Below are positions 50,986 to 62,463 of a DNA stretch of 64,000 nucleotides, piece by piece. The notes below the pieces were generated by a model. It made no database searches and was not told the origin of the DNA. It saw only the letters and a list, made by a program, of their open reading frames with translations. Made by a program: the position numbers and the translations under genes. This DNA is from Bacillota bacterium (GTDB lineage: Bacteria > Bacillota > SHA-98 > Ch115 > JABLXJ01). The stretch covers positions 326,538 through 390,537 of the forward strand of contig JABLXJ010000001.1 of assembly GCA_013178125.1 (NCBI GenBank), in the 5' to 3' direction. Position 1 is the first letter of the stretch; each line of letters begins with the position of its first letter.

Positions 50986-53784
50986 TTGGCGAAAATTAGG
51001 GTATACGAACTAGCAAAGGAACTTGGTAAGAGTAGCAAGGATATCCTGCAATTGCTGGCGGACTCGGGCGTGCCAGGCAAGAATCACATGAGCGCCCTCG
51101 AGGAGAATGTTGCCAGGTTCGTAAGGAACAGATTTGCCGAAAGGGATGGAAAGGCCTCGGGCCAGGCCCGGGCTCAGACCCAGCCTCAGACCCAGGCTCA
51201 CGCTCAAGCTCGGGCTCAGGCCGAGGCTCAGGCTCAGGCTCAGATCCTGCCTCGACGGGCTCAGGATCAGGTTCGCCCGCCGAGGCAGCCCGACATGAGA
51301 CCGGGGCCTCGCTCGGCTCATCCGGGGTCTCACCAGGCCCAGGCCAGTAGGAGCTCGTTCTCGAATAACTACAGGAGCGGGCGGGATTATAACGGGCGGC
51401 GCGATAGGCGACAGGGTGCGCCAGGCGCACCAGGTGCGCACCAGCCAGGCGCATATCATGGCTCACGCCCAAGTTGGCAGAGGGATGCCAGGCAGCCGTC
51501 AGCCGCGACCAGGCCGGCGCCAGCGGGCGCTTCCCGGCCTGGATCTGGGTCAGGGCCAGGGGTGGCGCGTGGGGATCGCGGCGGCATCGTCCAATCCCAA
51601 CCCCGGCCCCAACCCGCCCGGCCCGCTTCTGCGCAGGCCAGGCAGGGAGCACGAGGAGTGGATGTCCCCGGGCGGCGACCGGGAGTTGCGCCTGCCGGTG
51701 GCAGCAAGGAGCAATTGGCCAGGCACCCTGCAGGTGCGGCTGCGACTAGGCCCGCGCCGAGGCCGGAAAGCCGGGTCGAACCCAGTCCCAGGCCTGAGCC
51801 AAAACCTGCGTCAAAACCCGCGCAGGCACCTGCCGCGGCTGCACCGGGTGAGCCAGCCGCAAGGAAAGAAAAGGCCGGGGATAAAGTTATCCAGCTGGCC
51901 CAGGTGAGGAGCGGCAAGCGAGAAAGCCGCACGAGCGAGAGGATTTCACGTGTGGCAGTCGAGAGGGGCGAGGTAAGGAAGGCTGTACGCCCGCTTGTCC
52001 CGACGCGCAGGAGAGAAAAGATCCAGCGCGAGAAGAAGGTGGCCCTGCCCGAGACGATAATGGTCAAGGACCTCGCGGCAAAAATGGGGGTCTCTTCGTC
52101 TGACGTTATAAAGAATCTGCTCGAGCTGGGCGTTATCGTGAATATCAACCAGGAGATAGATTTCGATACGGCGAGCATCATTGCCGACGAGTACGGCTTC
52201 GATGTGGAGCCGGAGAGCAAGGCCGAGGCGCGCGAATTCGGCATCGAGGATACTGAGGATGATCCGGCATCGCTGGTGATTCGTCCCCCTGTGGTTACAA
52301 TCATGGGGCACGTTGACCACGGAAAGACCTCCCTTCTTGACGTCATCCGGGAAACCAACGTTACGGCCCAGGAGGCTGGAGGCATAACGCAGCATATAGG
52401 GGCATACCAGGTTGAATTGAACGGCCGGAAGATAACCTTTATTGATACCCCGGGTCATGAGGCGTTTACGGCCATGAGGGCGCGCGGCGCCCAGGTGACG
52501 GATATCGCCATCCTTGTCGTGGCTGCCGATGATGGCGTAATGCCTCAGACTGTCGAGGCTATAAATCACGCCAGGGCAGCCGGGGTCCCGATAATAGTGG
52601 CGATCAACAAGATCGACAAGCCCAATGCCCAGCCTGATCGCGTCAAACAGGAGCTTTCGGAGCATGGCCTTGTACCGGAGGAGTGGGGTGGGGATACGGT
52701 TTGCGTTGAAGTGTCCGCCCTCAAGCGCATCGGCATCGAGGGTCTGCTCGAAATGATCCTCCTTGTTGCTGATATGCGCGACCTCAAGGCAAATCCCGAC
52801 AGGCCGGCCAAGGGCACGGTCATCGAAGCCGAGCTTGACAAGGGACGCGGCCCCGTGGCTACGGTCTTAATCGAGAAGGGGACCCTTAACATCGGGGATT
52901 CCATCGTTGTCGGGGATGTGGCCGGTCGAGTGCGAGCTATGATCGATGATAAAGGTGAGTCCGTGAGGAAGGCCGTGCCCTCCATGCCTGTCGAGGTGCT
53001 GGGCCTGTCGGATGTGCCCAAGGCCGGGGATATCCTGCAGGTCGTTCCCGAGGACCGTCTTGCCAAACAGCTCGCGAACCGGCGCCAGGAGCGTAAGCGC
53101 GCCGAAGATATCAGCCCCGCAAGGCGTATAAGCCTTGACGACCTGTTTGACAGGATAAAAGAGGGGGAGGTCAAAGAGCTTAAGCTCATCATAAAGGCCG
53201 ACGTCCAGGGCTCCGTGGAAGCCCTCCGGCAGGCCCTCGAGAGGCTCAGCACGGATGAGGTGAAGGTCAATATTATCCATTCCGGCGTCGGGGCCATCAC
53301 GGAGAGCGATATCATGCTCGCGTCCGCGTCATCGGCGATCGTTATCGGCTTTCAGGTTCGCCCGGATGCCAATGCGAAGAAGATGGCCGAACGTGACGGT
53401 GTGGATGTCCGGCTCTACAGGATCATCTATGACGCCACCGAGGATATAAAGGCTGCCATGGAGGGCATGCTCGAGCCCGAGTATCACGAGGTTGTAATGG
53501 GGAAAGCCCAGGTGAGGGCGACGTTCAAGATACCCAAGGTTGGGATGATAGCCGGGAGCTATGTGGAGGAAGGCAAGATCACCCGCGATGCAGATGTGCG
53601 GGTATTGCGCGATAATATAGTTGTCCATGAGGGTAAGATAGAATCCCTCAAGAGATTCAAGGATGACGTCCGCGAGGTCTTGCAGGGGTTTGAATGCGGA
53701 ATCGGGTTGCAGAACTTCAATGATATAAAGGAAGGGGATATCATTGAAGCCTTTAAGCTGGAGGAGTCACATCGCCAGCTTTAG
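50986..53784 (+). CDS. infB: translation initiation factor IF-2
   Basis: N-terminus [14 protein letters not shown] from TTG 50986; GTPase [17 protein letters not shown]; long Q/A/R/P-rich linker. Confidence 0.95.
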   Translation: MAKIRVYELAKELGKSSKDILQLLADSGVPGKNHMSALEENVARFVRNRFAERDGKASGQARAQTQPQTQAHAQARAQAEAQAQAQILPRRAQDQVRPPRQPDMRPGPRSAHPGSHQAQASRSSFSNNYRSGRDYNGRRDRRQGAPGAPGAHQPGAYHGSRPSWQRDARQPSAATRPAPAGASRPGSGSGPGVARGDRGGIVQSQPRPQPARPASAQARQGARGVDVPGRRPGVAPAGGSKEQLARHPAGAAATRPAPRPESRVEPSPRPEPKPASKPAQAPAAAAPGEPAARKEKAGDKVIQLAQVRSGKRESRTSERISRVAVERGEVRKAVRPLVPTRRREKIQREKKVALPETIMVKDLAAKMGVSSSDVIKNLLELGVIVNINQEIDFDTASIIADEYGFDVEPESKAEAREFGIEDTEDDPASLVIRPPVVTIMGHVDHGKTSLLDVIRETNVTAQEAGGITQHIGAYQVELNGRKITFIDTPGHEAFTAMRARGAQVTDIAILVVAADDGVMPQTVEAINHARAAGVPIIVAINKIDKPNAQPDRVKQELSEHGLVPEEWGGDTVCVEVSALKRIGIEGLLEMILLVADMRDLKANPDRPAKGTVIEAELDKGRGPVATVLIEKGTLNIGDSIVVGDVAGRVRAMIDDKGESVRKAVPSMPVEVLGLSDVPKAGDILQVVPEDRLAKQLANRRQERKRAEDISPARRISLDDLFDRIKEGEVKELKLIIKADVQGSVEALRQALERLSTDEVKVNIIHSGVGAITESDIMLASASSAIVIGFQVRPDANAKKMAERDGVDVRLYRIIYDATEDIKAAMEGMLEPEYHEVVMGKAQVRATFKIPKVGMIAGSYVEEGKITRDADVRVLRDNIVVHEGKIESLKRFKDDVREVLQGFECGIGLQNFNDIKEGDIIEAFKLEESHRQL

Positions 53785-53796
53785 GAGAGGATAACC

Positions 53797-54078
53797 ATGA
53801 TGGTTGGAATCATGAGGGTGGAGCTCTCCATAGGCAAGGCAGCCTCCCTTAAGGACAAGCGGCGCGTAGTGAAGAGCATTATCGACCGCTTTCGGGTAAG
53901 ATATAATGTAGCGATAGCAGAGGTTGACAACCAGGATGCGTGGCAGAGGGTGACCCTTGGCCTGGCTTGCGTCTCAACCGACGGTCGCCACGCGAACGAG
54001 ATTCTATCATGCATCGCGCGGGATCTCGAGCGTGACAGGGAGGCCACCCTCATCGACTATAGAGTGGAGATCATTTGA
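53797..54078 (+). CDS. DUF503-family protein (YlxP-like)
   Basis: Position between infB and rbfA; LKDKRRVVKSIIDR motif. Confidence 0.7.
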   Translation: MMVGIMRVELSIGKAASLKDKRRVVKSIIDRFRVRYNVAIAEVDNQDAWQRVTLGLACVSTDGRHANEILSCIARDLERDREATLIDYRVEII

Positions 54079-54134
54079 ATCATTTGAGATGATGCGACAT
54101 GACGTGCTGGAATGGCGTGAGAGCGTGAGATGAC

Positions 54135-54518
54135 GTGCGCGATTTGCGGGGTGATTCTGTGGGTGAGCTTCGAAGGGAAAAGCTTCGCGAGTTAATAAAA
54201 GAGGAAGTTAGCAGCATACTACGACGGGAGATGAAGGACCCGAGGATAGGGTTTGTGACCGTTACAGACGTGGAGATATCTTCCGACCTGAGTCACGTCA
54301 AGATATATGTCAGCGTCCTCGGGGATGAACCTTCCCGTGAAGAGACGATGAGGGGCCTCGAGAGCGCCACGGGTTTCGTCCGGAGCGAGCTTGGCAGGCG
54401 CATCCGGTTGAGGCATACCCCGGAGATTGTTTTTAAATTCGATAGCTCAATAGAGCGGGGCGCCAAGGTTCTCGAGCTCTTGGACAAGGTCAAGAGGGGC
54501 GAGGAGGCAATAGACTGA
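54135..54518 (+). CDS. rbfA: ribosome-binding factor A
   Basis: KDPRIGFVTVTDVEIS...IRLRHTPEIVFKFD; true start probably GTG 54159. Confidence 0.85.
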   Translation: MRDLRGDSVGELRREKLRELIKEEVSSILRREMKDPRIGFVTVTDVEISSDLSHVKIYVSVLGDEPSREETMRGLESATGFVRSELGRRIRLRHTPEIVFKFDSSIERGAKVLELLDKVKRGEEAID

Positions 54519-55573
54519 TGATCTGGGCAGAGCAAGCGGCGAGAATACTCCTGGGGGCGAGGAGCTTATTAATAATGTCCCATATCTTCCCCGACGGTGA
54601 CAGCATCGGCTCCCTGCTGGCCCTTGGCCTTGCCCTAGCTCGCCGCTCCAGGGAGGTAACGCTGGTATGCCCCGATGATATCCCGGAGACGTATGCCTTC
54701 CTCCCCGGCATCGAGGGTATTTTGACCGTGGAGGGTGCGCGAGAGCGCCTGTCCGCCGGCCGTAATGTTGATCTTGTAGTCATACTCGACTCGAGCGATC
54801 TCGAGCGGATAGGTAAAGGCGCTAACCTGATTCCCGAGGATGCATGCGTGGTCAATATAGATCACCACGTTACAAACAAGAATTTTGGGGCCCACAACTT
54901 CATCAAGGTCGAGGCCGCGGCGGTCGGCGAGCTGGTCTATGCCCTGCTTCTTGCCCTCGGGACTGATATAGACAAGGATATTGCGACTTGCCTTTTGACG
55001 GCTCTGATCGCAGACACTGGTTCGTTTCGCTATTCGAACACCACAGCGGAAACCTTTGATATCGCGGCGAGGCTGGTCAAAAGGGGCGCCGAGCCCGCCG
55101 TTATAGCGGAACACGTTTTCGAGACCAAGCCTTTCTCCAGCTTGAAGCTCCTCGGCAGGGTGCTGGACAACCTCGAACTCAGCCCGGATGGGCGTGTGGC
55201 TTGGGTCAGCCTGCCTCACAGGCTGCTTGATGAGTTCCACGTGAACGAGGCGCAGACTGAAGGGTTTGTAAACTACGCCCGCATGGTTGCCGGCGTTGAG
55301 GTTGCGGTGTTATTTCGCGAGGAGGCCAACTCCAGGATCCGGGTTGGCTTGAGGTCGCGCGATCGTTTTGATGTAAGCAGGCTGGCGCAGAGATTCGGCG
55401 GCGGGGGACACGCGAAGGCTGCCGGGTGTACAATTGAGGGAGACCTTGAGCACGCTAAACAGCTGGTGCTGGAGGCCATCGCTGATGAGCTGGGAAACGA
55501 ACCAAGAAACAACGGGAATGAGACTGGTGGGATCCATGCAGAAGAGGCAGAAGGACGTGTGCGAGGGCGCTGA
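54518..55573 (+). CDS. nrnA: DHH-family phosphoesterase NrnA (oligoribonuclease / pAp phosphatase)
   Basis: DHH motif SHIFPDGDSIGS; DHHA1 region with GGGGH. Confidence 0.8.
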   Translation: MIWAEQAARILLGARSLLIMSHIFPDGDSIGSLLALGLALARRSREVTLVCPDDIPETYAFLPGIEGILTVEGARERLSAGRNVDLVVILDSSDLERIGKGANLIPEDACVVNIDHHVTNKNFGAHNFIKVEAAAVGELVYALLLALGTDIDKDIATCLLTALIADTGSFRYSNTTAETFDIAARLVKRGAEPAVIAEHVFETKPFSSLKLLGRVLDNLELSPDGRVAWVSLPHRLLDEFHVNEAQTEGFVNYARMVAGVEVAVLFREEANSRIRVGLRSRDRFDVSRLAQRFGGGGHAKAAGCTIEGDLEHAKQLVLEAIADELGNEPRNNGNETGGIHAEEAEGRVRGR

Positions 55574-56582
55574 TGGAATCCTGGTTGTCCTGAAGCCGCC
55601 CGGCATGACATCCCATGATGTTGTTGCATGGCTTCGCAGGCTGCTAAGAATTCGGCGCATAGGCCACACGGGCACGCTGGACCCGCTGGCAGCGGGGGTA
55701 TTGCCCATTCTGGTGGGCGGGGCGACCAGGGCTGCCCAGTTTATGGCAACAGAGCTTAAAAGCTACAGGGCGGAAATCCTTCTCGGCGTGAGCACTGATA
55801 CCCTGGATTCCGCCGGGAAGGTAACGCGCGTGACCCCGGGGTTTTGTATCGACCGCCGCGCGCTGGAGCGAACCCTGAGGTCGTTCACTGGGAGGATAAG
55901 CCAGGTGCCCCCCATGGTATCCGCGGTCCACCATGAAGGAAGGCGCCTCTACGAGCTTGCGAGGGAGGGCAGGACCGTGGAGCGCAAACCCAGGCAGGTG
56001 GAGGTGAGGGAGATTAGAGTGGTGGGGTTCAGGGGCCTTGCCGGCGCCCTTGGCGAGGGCGACGCTGGCGGCGTGGTCGACCGTGATCCCGGCGGCCCGA
56101 AGCTGGTATTTGGAACCAGGGTCATGCTCGATATTGAATGCTCCTCTGGAACATATATTCGCTCCCTCGCATCCGACATAGGCGATGCGCTCGGGATAGG
56201 GGCCCACCTCTCATTCCTGGTCCGCACGGAGGCGTGTGGCTTCACACTTGTCGATGCGGCCACGCTGGAGGAGATCAGAGAGAGTGTGGACCGCCTTGGG
56301 CGCCTGGAAATGCTCCTACCGACAGCCTCCGGCCTGCGTCATATCCCCGGGGTGATGTTGCCGGAGGAGGCCGTGATGAGGGTCTTCAATGGAGCTTCCG
56401 TGTCCGTCGAGGGTCTTCGCGATTATGAGCCCGGGGCGCTGGTGAGGTTGCATGCCCCAGACGCTTCTCTGATCGCTATTGCAAGGGTCTCGGCCGCGGG
56501 TAGAGGTCCAGGCATGGTAGCCAGGCCCGTTAGGGTTTTCCCGGATGCTGGGAGGGTGGGTTGCCGTGGATTTGATCACTGA
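55536..56582 (+). CDS. truB: tRNA pseudouridine(55) synthase TruB
   Basis: GILVVLKPPGMTSHDVV and catalytic GHTGTLDPLA; start after track N-terminal extension. Confidence 0.9.
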   Translation: MQKRQKDVCEGADGILVVLKPPGMTSHDVVAWLRRLLRIRRIGHTGTLDPLAAGVLPILVGGATRAAQFMATELKSYRAEILLGVSTDTLDSAGKVTRVTPGFCIDRRALERTLRSFTGRISQVPPMVSAVHHEGRRLYELAREGRTVERKPRQVEVREIRVVGFRGLAGALGEGDAGGVVDRDPGGPKLVFGTRVMLDIECSSGTYIRSLASDIGDALGIGAHLSFLVRTEACGFTLVDAATLEEIRESVDRLGRLEMLLPTASGLRHIPGVMLPEEAVMRVFNGASVSVEGLRDYEPGALVRLHAPDASLIAIARVSAAGRGPGMVARPVRVFPDAGRVGCRGFDH

Positions 56583-57558
56583 TCTCGAGCAGGTTGCGCC
56601 AAGGCTTGGCCTTGGGCATTCATCTGTAGCATTGGGCATGTTCGATGGTGTGCATAGGGGGCACCAGGCGGTGCTCCGCCGGGCGGTGGCGCGCGCAAGG
56701 GCAGAGCGCCTGATTAGCGTGGCTTTCACTTTCGACAGGCACCCATATTCAATCATAGCCCCCGACCGCGTCCCGCCATTGATAACCCCAACCGAGGAAA
56801 AGGCGAGGTTGATCTCGGGCCTGGGGTTGGATGCAATGGTTATCTACCCATTCGACGAGACGTTTGCAAATATGTCCCCCGAGGATTTTGCAGCCGGTAT
56901 CCTCAAAGGCTGGTTGAGGGCCTCCAGGGCCGTTGTGGGTTACAACTATACCTTTGGCCGGGGCGGGACAGCCACGCCCGAGCTCCTCAAGGACCTGGGC
57001 CGGACCCTCGGGTTTGGCGTCGATGTTGTCGGTCCGGTAAACCTAAATGGCATGACAGTTGGGAGCACCGAAATCAGGGCTCTCCTCCTGAGTGGCGATG
57101 TCAGGTCTGCAGCGGGGCTCCTGGGCAGGCCCTTCTCAATCAGAGGCAAGGTTGTCAAGGGTTACGGGCGCGGTAGCGAGATGGGCTTTCCGACCGCTAA
57201 TATCGCCCCGCCTATGGGGGTTCTCATTCCGCGTGAAGGGGTTTACGCCGTCCGCGTCCTGGCCGGAGATGGGCAGCAAGAGCAAATCGGGGTGGCGAAT
57301 ATTGGTTTCCGGCCAACCTTTGGCGGCAGGGAGAGGACGATAGAGGTCTATATCCTGGATTTCAGGGGCGATATGTATGGCTCAGTCATCACCATCCTAT
57401 TCATCGACCGCATCAGGCCTGAGATCAAGTTTGACAGGTGGGAGAATCTCAGGGCCCAGATAGATCGCGACGTGGAGGTTGCCAGGTCTATCCTGGGGGA
57501 TCGTTCCAATTCCCTCGATTCCCTGAACCAGGTCATTTACAAGGATTCCGGTTTATGA
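56566..57558 (+). CDS. ribF: bifunctional riboflavin kinase / FMN adenylyltransferase
   Basis: ALGMFDGVHRGHQAVL and riboflavin kinase C-domain; GTG after RBS gggaggg. Confidence 0.9.
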   Translation: MDLITDLEQVAPRLGLGHSSVALGMFDGVHRGHQAVLRRAVARARAERLISVAFTFDRHPYSIIAPDRVPPLITPTEEKARLISGLGLDAMVIYPFDETFANMSPEDFAAGILKGWLRASRAVVGYNYTFGRGGTATPELLKDLGRTLGFGVDVVGPVNLNGMTVGSTEIRALLLSGDVRSAAGLLGRPFSIRGKVVKGYGRGSEMGFPTANIAPPMGVLIPREGVYAVRVLAGDGQQEQIGVANIGFRPTFGGRERTIEVYILDFRGDMYGSVITILFIDRIRPEIKFDRWENLRAQIDRDVEVARSILGDRSNSLDSLNQVIYKDSGL

Positions 57559-57565
57559 TAGAATA

Positions 57566-57808
57566 GTGCCAGCGAAATCGGGAGGCGCTCAGGTCGCTAT
57601 GCAATCTAGAGCTTGCCAGGACGACGAAGCCCTCAGGGACGTAGCCATCAGGGTTTCCTCCATATGTTTGAGCCCGGAGTTCAACGATCTGTGGAAGGAA
57701 CTCGAGGCCCTATACGATCAGTCGGGCGACAGGCACCCTTCTGTTACAGCGTTTGCGGATGCTCTTTTTACCCTGTTGCTGCAGGAAAATGAGGATCATC
57801 GTGAGTGA
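57566..57808 (+). CDS. hypothetical small protein (possible antitoxin-like partner)
   Basis: ORF between ribF and rpsO, overlapped at its 3' end by the next ORF; start uncertain (ATG 57599 possible). Confidence 0.3.
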   Translation: MPAKSGGAQVAMQSRACQDDEALRDVAIRVSSICLSPEFNDLWKELEALYDQSGDRHPSVTAFADALFTLLLQENEDHRE

Positions 57809-58010
57809 GCACGCGAAGAAACGCCTGAAAGAGGATCGCCAGGGCGGTATTACCCTGGCCGATATCAGTCGCGCTGCGAGCAGCTTCCCGGGTTATATCC
57901 CCCGGGCCACCAGGCTGCGTGGGTTTATTACGGCGTCGGGGCGGGCTTTTGACCTGGTCGCCAGGGATGTGACAATCGGGAGATTGGTGATCACGGTCAT
58001 AGGCAGGTAG
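57789..58010 (+). CDS. hypothetical small protein, toxin-like (DUF4258-like N-terminal motif, tentative)
   Basis: MRIIVSEHAKKRLKEDRQGGIT; overlaps the upstream ORF by 20 nt. Confidence 0.3.
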   Translation: MRIIVSEHAKKRLKEDRQGGITLADISRAASSFPGYIPRATRLRGFITASGRAFDLVARDVTIGRLVITVIGR

Positions 58011-58032
58011 CGGTGAGCAGCCAATGGCGAAA

Positions 58033-58090
58033 CCTCAAGCTAGGGTGGCCGAGCCTCCGACGGCTCCGTGGCTTGAGGAGTTGCTTGAGG
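58033..58090 (+). promoter_or_regulatory. structured rpsO 5' leader (candidate S15 autoregulatory element)
   Basis: cctcaagc (58033-40) can pair with either of two gcttgagg copies (58071-78, 58083-90); nested hairpin gagcc/ggctc. Confidence 0.35.
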
Positions 58091-58121
58091 ATATAGAGAC
58101 GAAACAGGAGGTGTAGAGGCG

Positions 58122-58391
58122 GTGGCACTACCGTCAGAGGAAAAGAAGTCTATTATTGGGCAGTACGGGTTGCACGAGAAGGATACGGGCTCGCCGGAGG
58201 TGCAGGTTGCGATCTTGACTGAGCGCATTAACGACCTCACGGAGCACCTTAAGGAGCACAAGAAGGATTTCCACTCCCGCAGGGGGCTCTTGAAGATGGT
58301 CGGGCAACGGCGGCGACTGCTCAATTACCTGCAGCGGAAGGACGTTGAAAGATACCGCACGCTTATAGAAAAACTTGGGCTGCGTAAGTAG
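58122..58391 (+). CDS. rpsO: 30S ribosomal protein S15
   Basis: [39 protein letters not shown]. Confidence 0.9.
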   Translation: MALPSEEKKSIIGQYGLHEKDTGSPEVQVAILTERINDLTEHLKEHKKDFHSRRGLLKMVGQRRRLLNYLQRKDVERYRTLIEKLGLRK

Positions 58392-58407
58392 CAAGTGGGG
58401 AAAAACG

Positions 58408-58430
58408 GCGGGTCTTCCGCCTTTTTTCTT
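58408..58430 (+). terminator. intrinsic terminator after rpsO
   Basis: ggcgg gtctt ccgcc followed by tttttt. Confidence 0.6.
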
Positions 58431-58625
58431 GTATGTGCTATTCCTTGCGGGATAGGCATTGCACGCAGGTCGCAGGTATTACGCGTGAAATATATAATTA
58501 ATTACACACATGCATTCTCACATGCATCAATGTATCATGAAGTGGGAATGCAAAGCACCGGGTTGGAAAGACTAGTTTCAAGGTATTTCTAGGAAATTAA
58601 AGGTAAAGGGGGTTTTAATTCAATA

Positions 58626-60791
58626 ATGGAACATAGCCTGGAAATGATTCTGGGCGGGAGAAAGCTGGTCCTGGAGACGGGCGAGATGGCCAGGCAGGCA
58701 AACGGCTCTGTCCTGGTAAGGTATGGAGACACGGTGGTCCTCGTGACGGCTTGTGCATCCAAGGAGCCGCGTGAAGGCATAGACTTTTTCCCGCTGGTGG
58801 TTGATTATGAGGAGAGGCTTTACGCCGTGGGAAAGATTCCGGGGGGGTGGATCAAGCGCGAGGGCAGGCCGAGCGAGCAAGCCACTCTCTCTGCGAGGAT
58901 GATAGACAGGCCGATAAGGCCGCTTTTCCCAAAGGGCTTCAGGAACGATGTGCAGGTTGTGGCGACTATTCTCTCAGTCGAAAGGGATAATGTCCCGGAT
59001 ATACCCGCCCTGATCGGCGCATCGGCGGCGCTGACGATCTCGGATATACCCTTTGCGGGTCCCATAGGCGGGGTCCGCGTGGGCAGGGTGGACGGTGAGT
59101 TTGTGGTCAACCCCACCTTCGAGCAGTCCGAAAAGAGCGACATCTACCTGGTCGTCGCAGGCACCAGGGATGCCATCCTTATGGTTGAGGCCGGTGCGAA
59201 CGAGGTGACCGAGGAGGGCATGCTGGATGCCATCATGTTCGCGCACGAGAGCATAAAGGAGATTATAGATCTCCAGGAGAGGCTTCGCGAAGCGGCCGGG
59301 AAACCCAAACTCGAGGTCCCGCTCTACGAGGTCAACGCCGAGATCGAAGCCAGGGTGCGCGCTTATGCGTCGGACAAGCTGAGGGATGCGATAAGGACGG
59401 ATGATAAGCTCGCGCGGGAAGATCTCATAAATGCTGTAAAGGACGAGACTATCGAGAAATTCAAGGAAGAGCTCGGTGACGACTTCGAAACCTACGAGAT
59501 CGATGTGCGCACGGTCCTGGACGCGATTGTGAAGGAAGAGGTAAGGTCCATGGTCCTCCACGAGGGCACGCGACCGGATGGGCGCAGGCTTGAGGAGATC
59601 AGGCCGATAACATGTAAGGTCGGCCTGCTGCCGAGGGTACATGGATCGGGGCTCTTCACCCGCGGCCAGACCCAGGTGCTGACCAGTTTGACCCTGGGGG
59701 CCATTGGCGAGGAGCAGATGCTGGATGGCCTCGGCGAAGAGGAGTCCAAGCGATATATGCACCACTACAACTTCCCGCCATACAGCGTCGGCGAGGTGAG
59801 GCCGATACGCGGAGCCGGCAGGCGTGAGATCGGCCATGGGGCGCTCGCTGAGCGGGCTCTTCTCCCTGTGATCCCGCCCGAGGAGGAGTTCCCGTATACG
59901 ATAAGGCTTGTTTCCGAGGTCCTGGAATCGAACGGGTCAACATCGCAGGCGAGCGTGTGCGGGAGCAGCCTCGCATTGATGGATGCGGGCGTCCCGATCA
60001 AGAAGCCGGTCGCGGGGATCGCCATGGGCCTTGTGAAAGAGGAGGACAAGGTGGCGATCCTGTCAGATATACAGGGGATCGAGGATGCCCTCGGGGATAT
60101 GGATTTCAAGGTTGCAGGGACTCGCGACGGCATCACGGCCATCCAGATGGATATAAAGATCAAGGGCATATCCAGGGATATCATGAAGGAGGCGCTTGAA
60201 AGGGCTCGCGTCGGCCGGCTGTTTATCCTGGATAAGATGGCGGAGGTTATAGCCGAGCCGAGGAAGGAGCTATCACCCTATGCGCCGCGGATGATCACCA
60301 TGGAGATCGACCCCGAGAAGATACGGGATGTCATTGGCCCCGGCGGCAAGATGATACGCAAGATCATAGATGAGACTGGCGCCAAGATCGATATCGAGGA
60401 TGATGGCCGCGTATTCATCGCTACACCAGATGAGAGCGCCGGTAAACGGGCACGAGAGATAATCGAGACCCTGACCCGCGATGTAGAGGTCGGCAAGATC
60501 TATACGGGCACCGTTACACGTATAATGAACTTCGGCGCCTTCGTGGAGATCCTGCCCGGTAAAGAAGGGCTTGTACACATCTCCGAGCTCGCCCGAGGGA
60601 GGGTCAACAGGGTCGAAGATGTGGTCAAGGTGGGCGATACCATATTGGTCAAGGTCACCGAGATAGACAGGCAGGGTCGTATAAACCTCTCCCACAAGGA
60701 TACCTTGCCACAGCTCAATGATGAGGAAAGGGAGTCCGCACACAGGGGTCCAAGGTATGGCGGCGAGCGAAAGAGGATCGCAAGGCGCTAG
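58626..60791 (+). CDS. pnp: polynucleotide phosphorylase
   Basis: Two RNase PH domains, KH and C-terminal S1 domain; synteny after rpsO. Confidence 0.95.
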   Translation: MEHSLEMILGGRKLVLETGEMARQANGSVLVRYGDTVVLVTACASKEPREGIDFFPLVVDYEERLYAVGKIPGGWIKREGRPSEQATLSARMIDRPIRPLFPKGFRNDVQVVATILSVERDNVPDIPALIGASAALTISDIPFAGPIGGVRVGRVDGEFVVNPTFEQSEKSDIYLVVAGTRDAILMVEAGANEVTEEGMLDAIMFAHESIKEIIDLQERLREAAGKPKLEVPLYEVNAEIEARVRAYASDKLRDAIRTDDKLAREDLINAVKDETIEKFKEELGDDFETYEIDVRTVLDAIVKEEVRSMVLHEGTRPDGRRLEEIRPITCKVGLLPRVHGSGLFTRGQTQVLTSLTLGAIGEEQMLDGLGEEESKRYMHHYNFPPYSVGEVRPIRGAGRREIGHGALAERALLPVIPPEEEFPYTIRLVSEVLESNGSTSQASVCGSSLALMDAGVPIKKPVAGIAMGLVKEEDKVAILSDIQGIEDALGDMDFKVAGTRDGITAIQMDIKIKGISRDIMKEALERARVGRLFILDKMAEVIAEPRKELSPYAPRMITMEIDPEKIRDVIGPGGKMIRKIIDETGAKIDIEDDGRVFIATPDESAGKRAREIIETLTRDVEVGKIYTGTVTRIMNFGAFVEILPGKEGLVHISELARGRVNRVEDVVKVGDTILVKVTEIDRQGRINLSHKDTLPQLNDEERESAHRGPRYGGERKRIARR

Positions 60792-60880
60792 TGACGTGGA
60801 CCTGCCTGAAGCTGGTCGAGGACCTATAGATGCGGACCTCTAGATGCGGCTGGAATATTGCCAGCCGGGATATTGTGTGT

Positions 60881-60907
60881 AAAAAGAGAGGCCAAGGCCT
60901 CTTTTTT
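60881..60907. terminator. intrinsic terminator after pnp (A-run / hairpin / T-run)
   Basis: aaaaag agaggcc aa ggcctct tttttt. Confidence 0.6.
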
Positions 60908-61095
60908 ACATTTCAATGGCTGTTTTTAGTACCTACTATTAATATCTACCCTTAAATAATAGTAGACGTCTTCGTGGGTAGTGCGATATACTTATTGTAG
61001 CGCACAGATTGCAGGCACAGATTGCAGGTTTAGGGTGCGAATTGCGGGATGCGAGGACACAGGGCCCGGAGGTCGGGTGAAGGGAGTCCGGTAGC

Positions 61096-61299
61096 GTGGC
61101 TAGAATCAGGATCGATGCCGAAAGATGCAAGGGCTGCGGCTTATGCAAGGAGTTTTGTCCCAGGGGGATCATAACTTTAGCGGAGCATTTCAACCGCATG
61201 GGTTATCACCCGGCCATTGTGAGCGACCTGGAGAAGTGTACAGGTTGCGCCGCGTGCGCCAGGATGTGCCCGGATGTTGCTATAGAGGTATATAGGTAG
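61096..61299 (+). CDS. korD: 2-oxoacid:ferredoxin oxidoreductase delta subunit (2x[4Fe-4S] ferredoxin)
   Basis: CKGCGLCKEFCP and CTGCAACARMCP; first gene of four-gene cluster. Confidence 0.8.
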   Translation: MARIRIDAERCKGCGLCKEFCPRGIITLAEHFNRMGYHPAIVSDLEKCTGCAACARMCPDVAIEVYR

Positions 61300-61326
61300 A
61301 GGGTGTAGGTAGAGGGGGCAGGGCGA

Positions 61327-62463
61327 TTGGTTGATAGCTTGGCTAGCAAGGTCTTGATGAAGGGGAATGAGGCCATTGCCGAGGCCGCCATAAGGGGTGG
61401 CTGCAAATTTTTCTTTGGATACCCCATTACACCTCAAAATGAGATACCGGAGTACATGTCGAGAAGGCTGCCCGAGGTGGGCGGGGTTTATCTCCAGGCC
61501 GAGAGCGAGGTCGCCGCGATCAACATGGTTTATGGGGCGGCGGCCGCCGGCGCGCGGGTCATGACATCATCCTCGAGCCCCGGGATCAGCTTGAAACAGG
61601 AGGGTCTATCATACATCGCAGCCTGCGAGCTCCCGTGCGTTGTGGTTAATATGATGCGCGGCGGCCCTGGACTCGGGGGCATTCAGCCGTCGCAGTCCGA
61701 TTACTTCCAGGCGACGAAGGGCGGGGGTCATGGGGACTACCGCCTGATAGTCTTTGGCCCGGCGTCCGTCCAGGAGGCCGCCGACATAACCGCCGAGGCA
61801 TTCAGCATTGCAGATTACTACAGAAATCCGGTTATGATCCTCGGGGATGGGGCGCTCGGGCAGATGATGGAGCCTGTAGAATTCAGGCCGGTGGAGGAGC
61901 GGGAGCTATCACCGAAGACGTGGGCTGTCACGGGATCGAGGGGCCGGCGCCCCAATATCATCACCTCCCTCGAGCTCGAGCCGGCCCTGCTCGAAAAGCT
62001 CAATCTGCGCCTCGCCGCCAAATATGAGAAGATCGGGCGGGAGCTGGTCAGGTTCGATACATACAGGCTCGAGGACGCACACTGGGCCATAGTGGCCTAC
62101 GGGATGATGGCCAGGGTCGCGCGGGCGGCTGTTGATAAGGCGCGTGCACGAGGGATAAAGGCCGGGCTCTTCCGGCCGATAAGCCTCTTTCCGTTCCCTT
62201 CGACCCCCCTGGCGAAGGTGGCGGAGCAGGTGCGGGGGTTCCTGGCGGTTGAGATGAGCATGGGGCAGATGGTCGAGGATGTAAAGCTAGCCGTCCTGGG
62301 GAGGCGCCCCGTTCACTTTTATGGGCGCGCGGGTGGCATAGTGCCCACGGCGCAGGAGATACTCCAGGCGTTGGAGGGTCTTGTTCGAGATAGGAATAAG
62401 GCATCTCGAGAGGGGGGAGACGCTGGTGCGGAAGGTTTTCGGACGACCGGAAGCTCTAACTGA
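61327..62463 (+). CDS. korA: 2-oxoacid:ferredoxin oxidoreductase alpha subunit
   Basis: [28 protein letters not shown]; start uncertain (TTG 61327 or ATG 61357). Confidence 0.85.
   Translation: MVDSLASKVLMKGNEAIAEAAIRGGCKFFFGYPITPQNEIPEYMSRRLPEVGGVYLQAESEVAAINMVYGAAAAGARVMTSSSSPGISLKQEGLSYIAACELPCVVVNMMRGGPGLGGIQPSQSDYFQATKGGGHGDYRLIVFGPASVQEAADITAEAFSIADYYRNPVMILGDGALGQMMEPVEFRPVEERELSPKTWAVTGSRGRRPNIITSLELEPALLEKLNLRLAAKYEKIGRELVRFDTYRLEDAHWAIVAYGMMARVARAAVDKARARGIKAGLFRPISLFPFPSTPLAKVAEQVRGFLAVEMSMGQMVEDVKLAVLGRRPVHFYGRAGGIVPTAQEILQALEGLVRDRNKASREGGDAGAEGFRTTGSSN

Noticed and set aside
51456-53315. Reverse-strand ORFs (51456-52385, 51946-52665, 52566-53315) within infB
   Set aside because: Antisense to IF-2, whose GTPase motifs are unambiguous on the + strand.
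55434-55535. N-terminal extension of TruB in the ORF track
   Set aside because: Extension overlaps nrnA and has no counterpart in TruB; ATG 55536 gives the conserved start.
58974-59837. Reverse-strand ORF (287 aa) inside pnp
   Set aside because: Antisense shadow ORF; pnp identity on + strand is clear.
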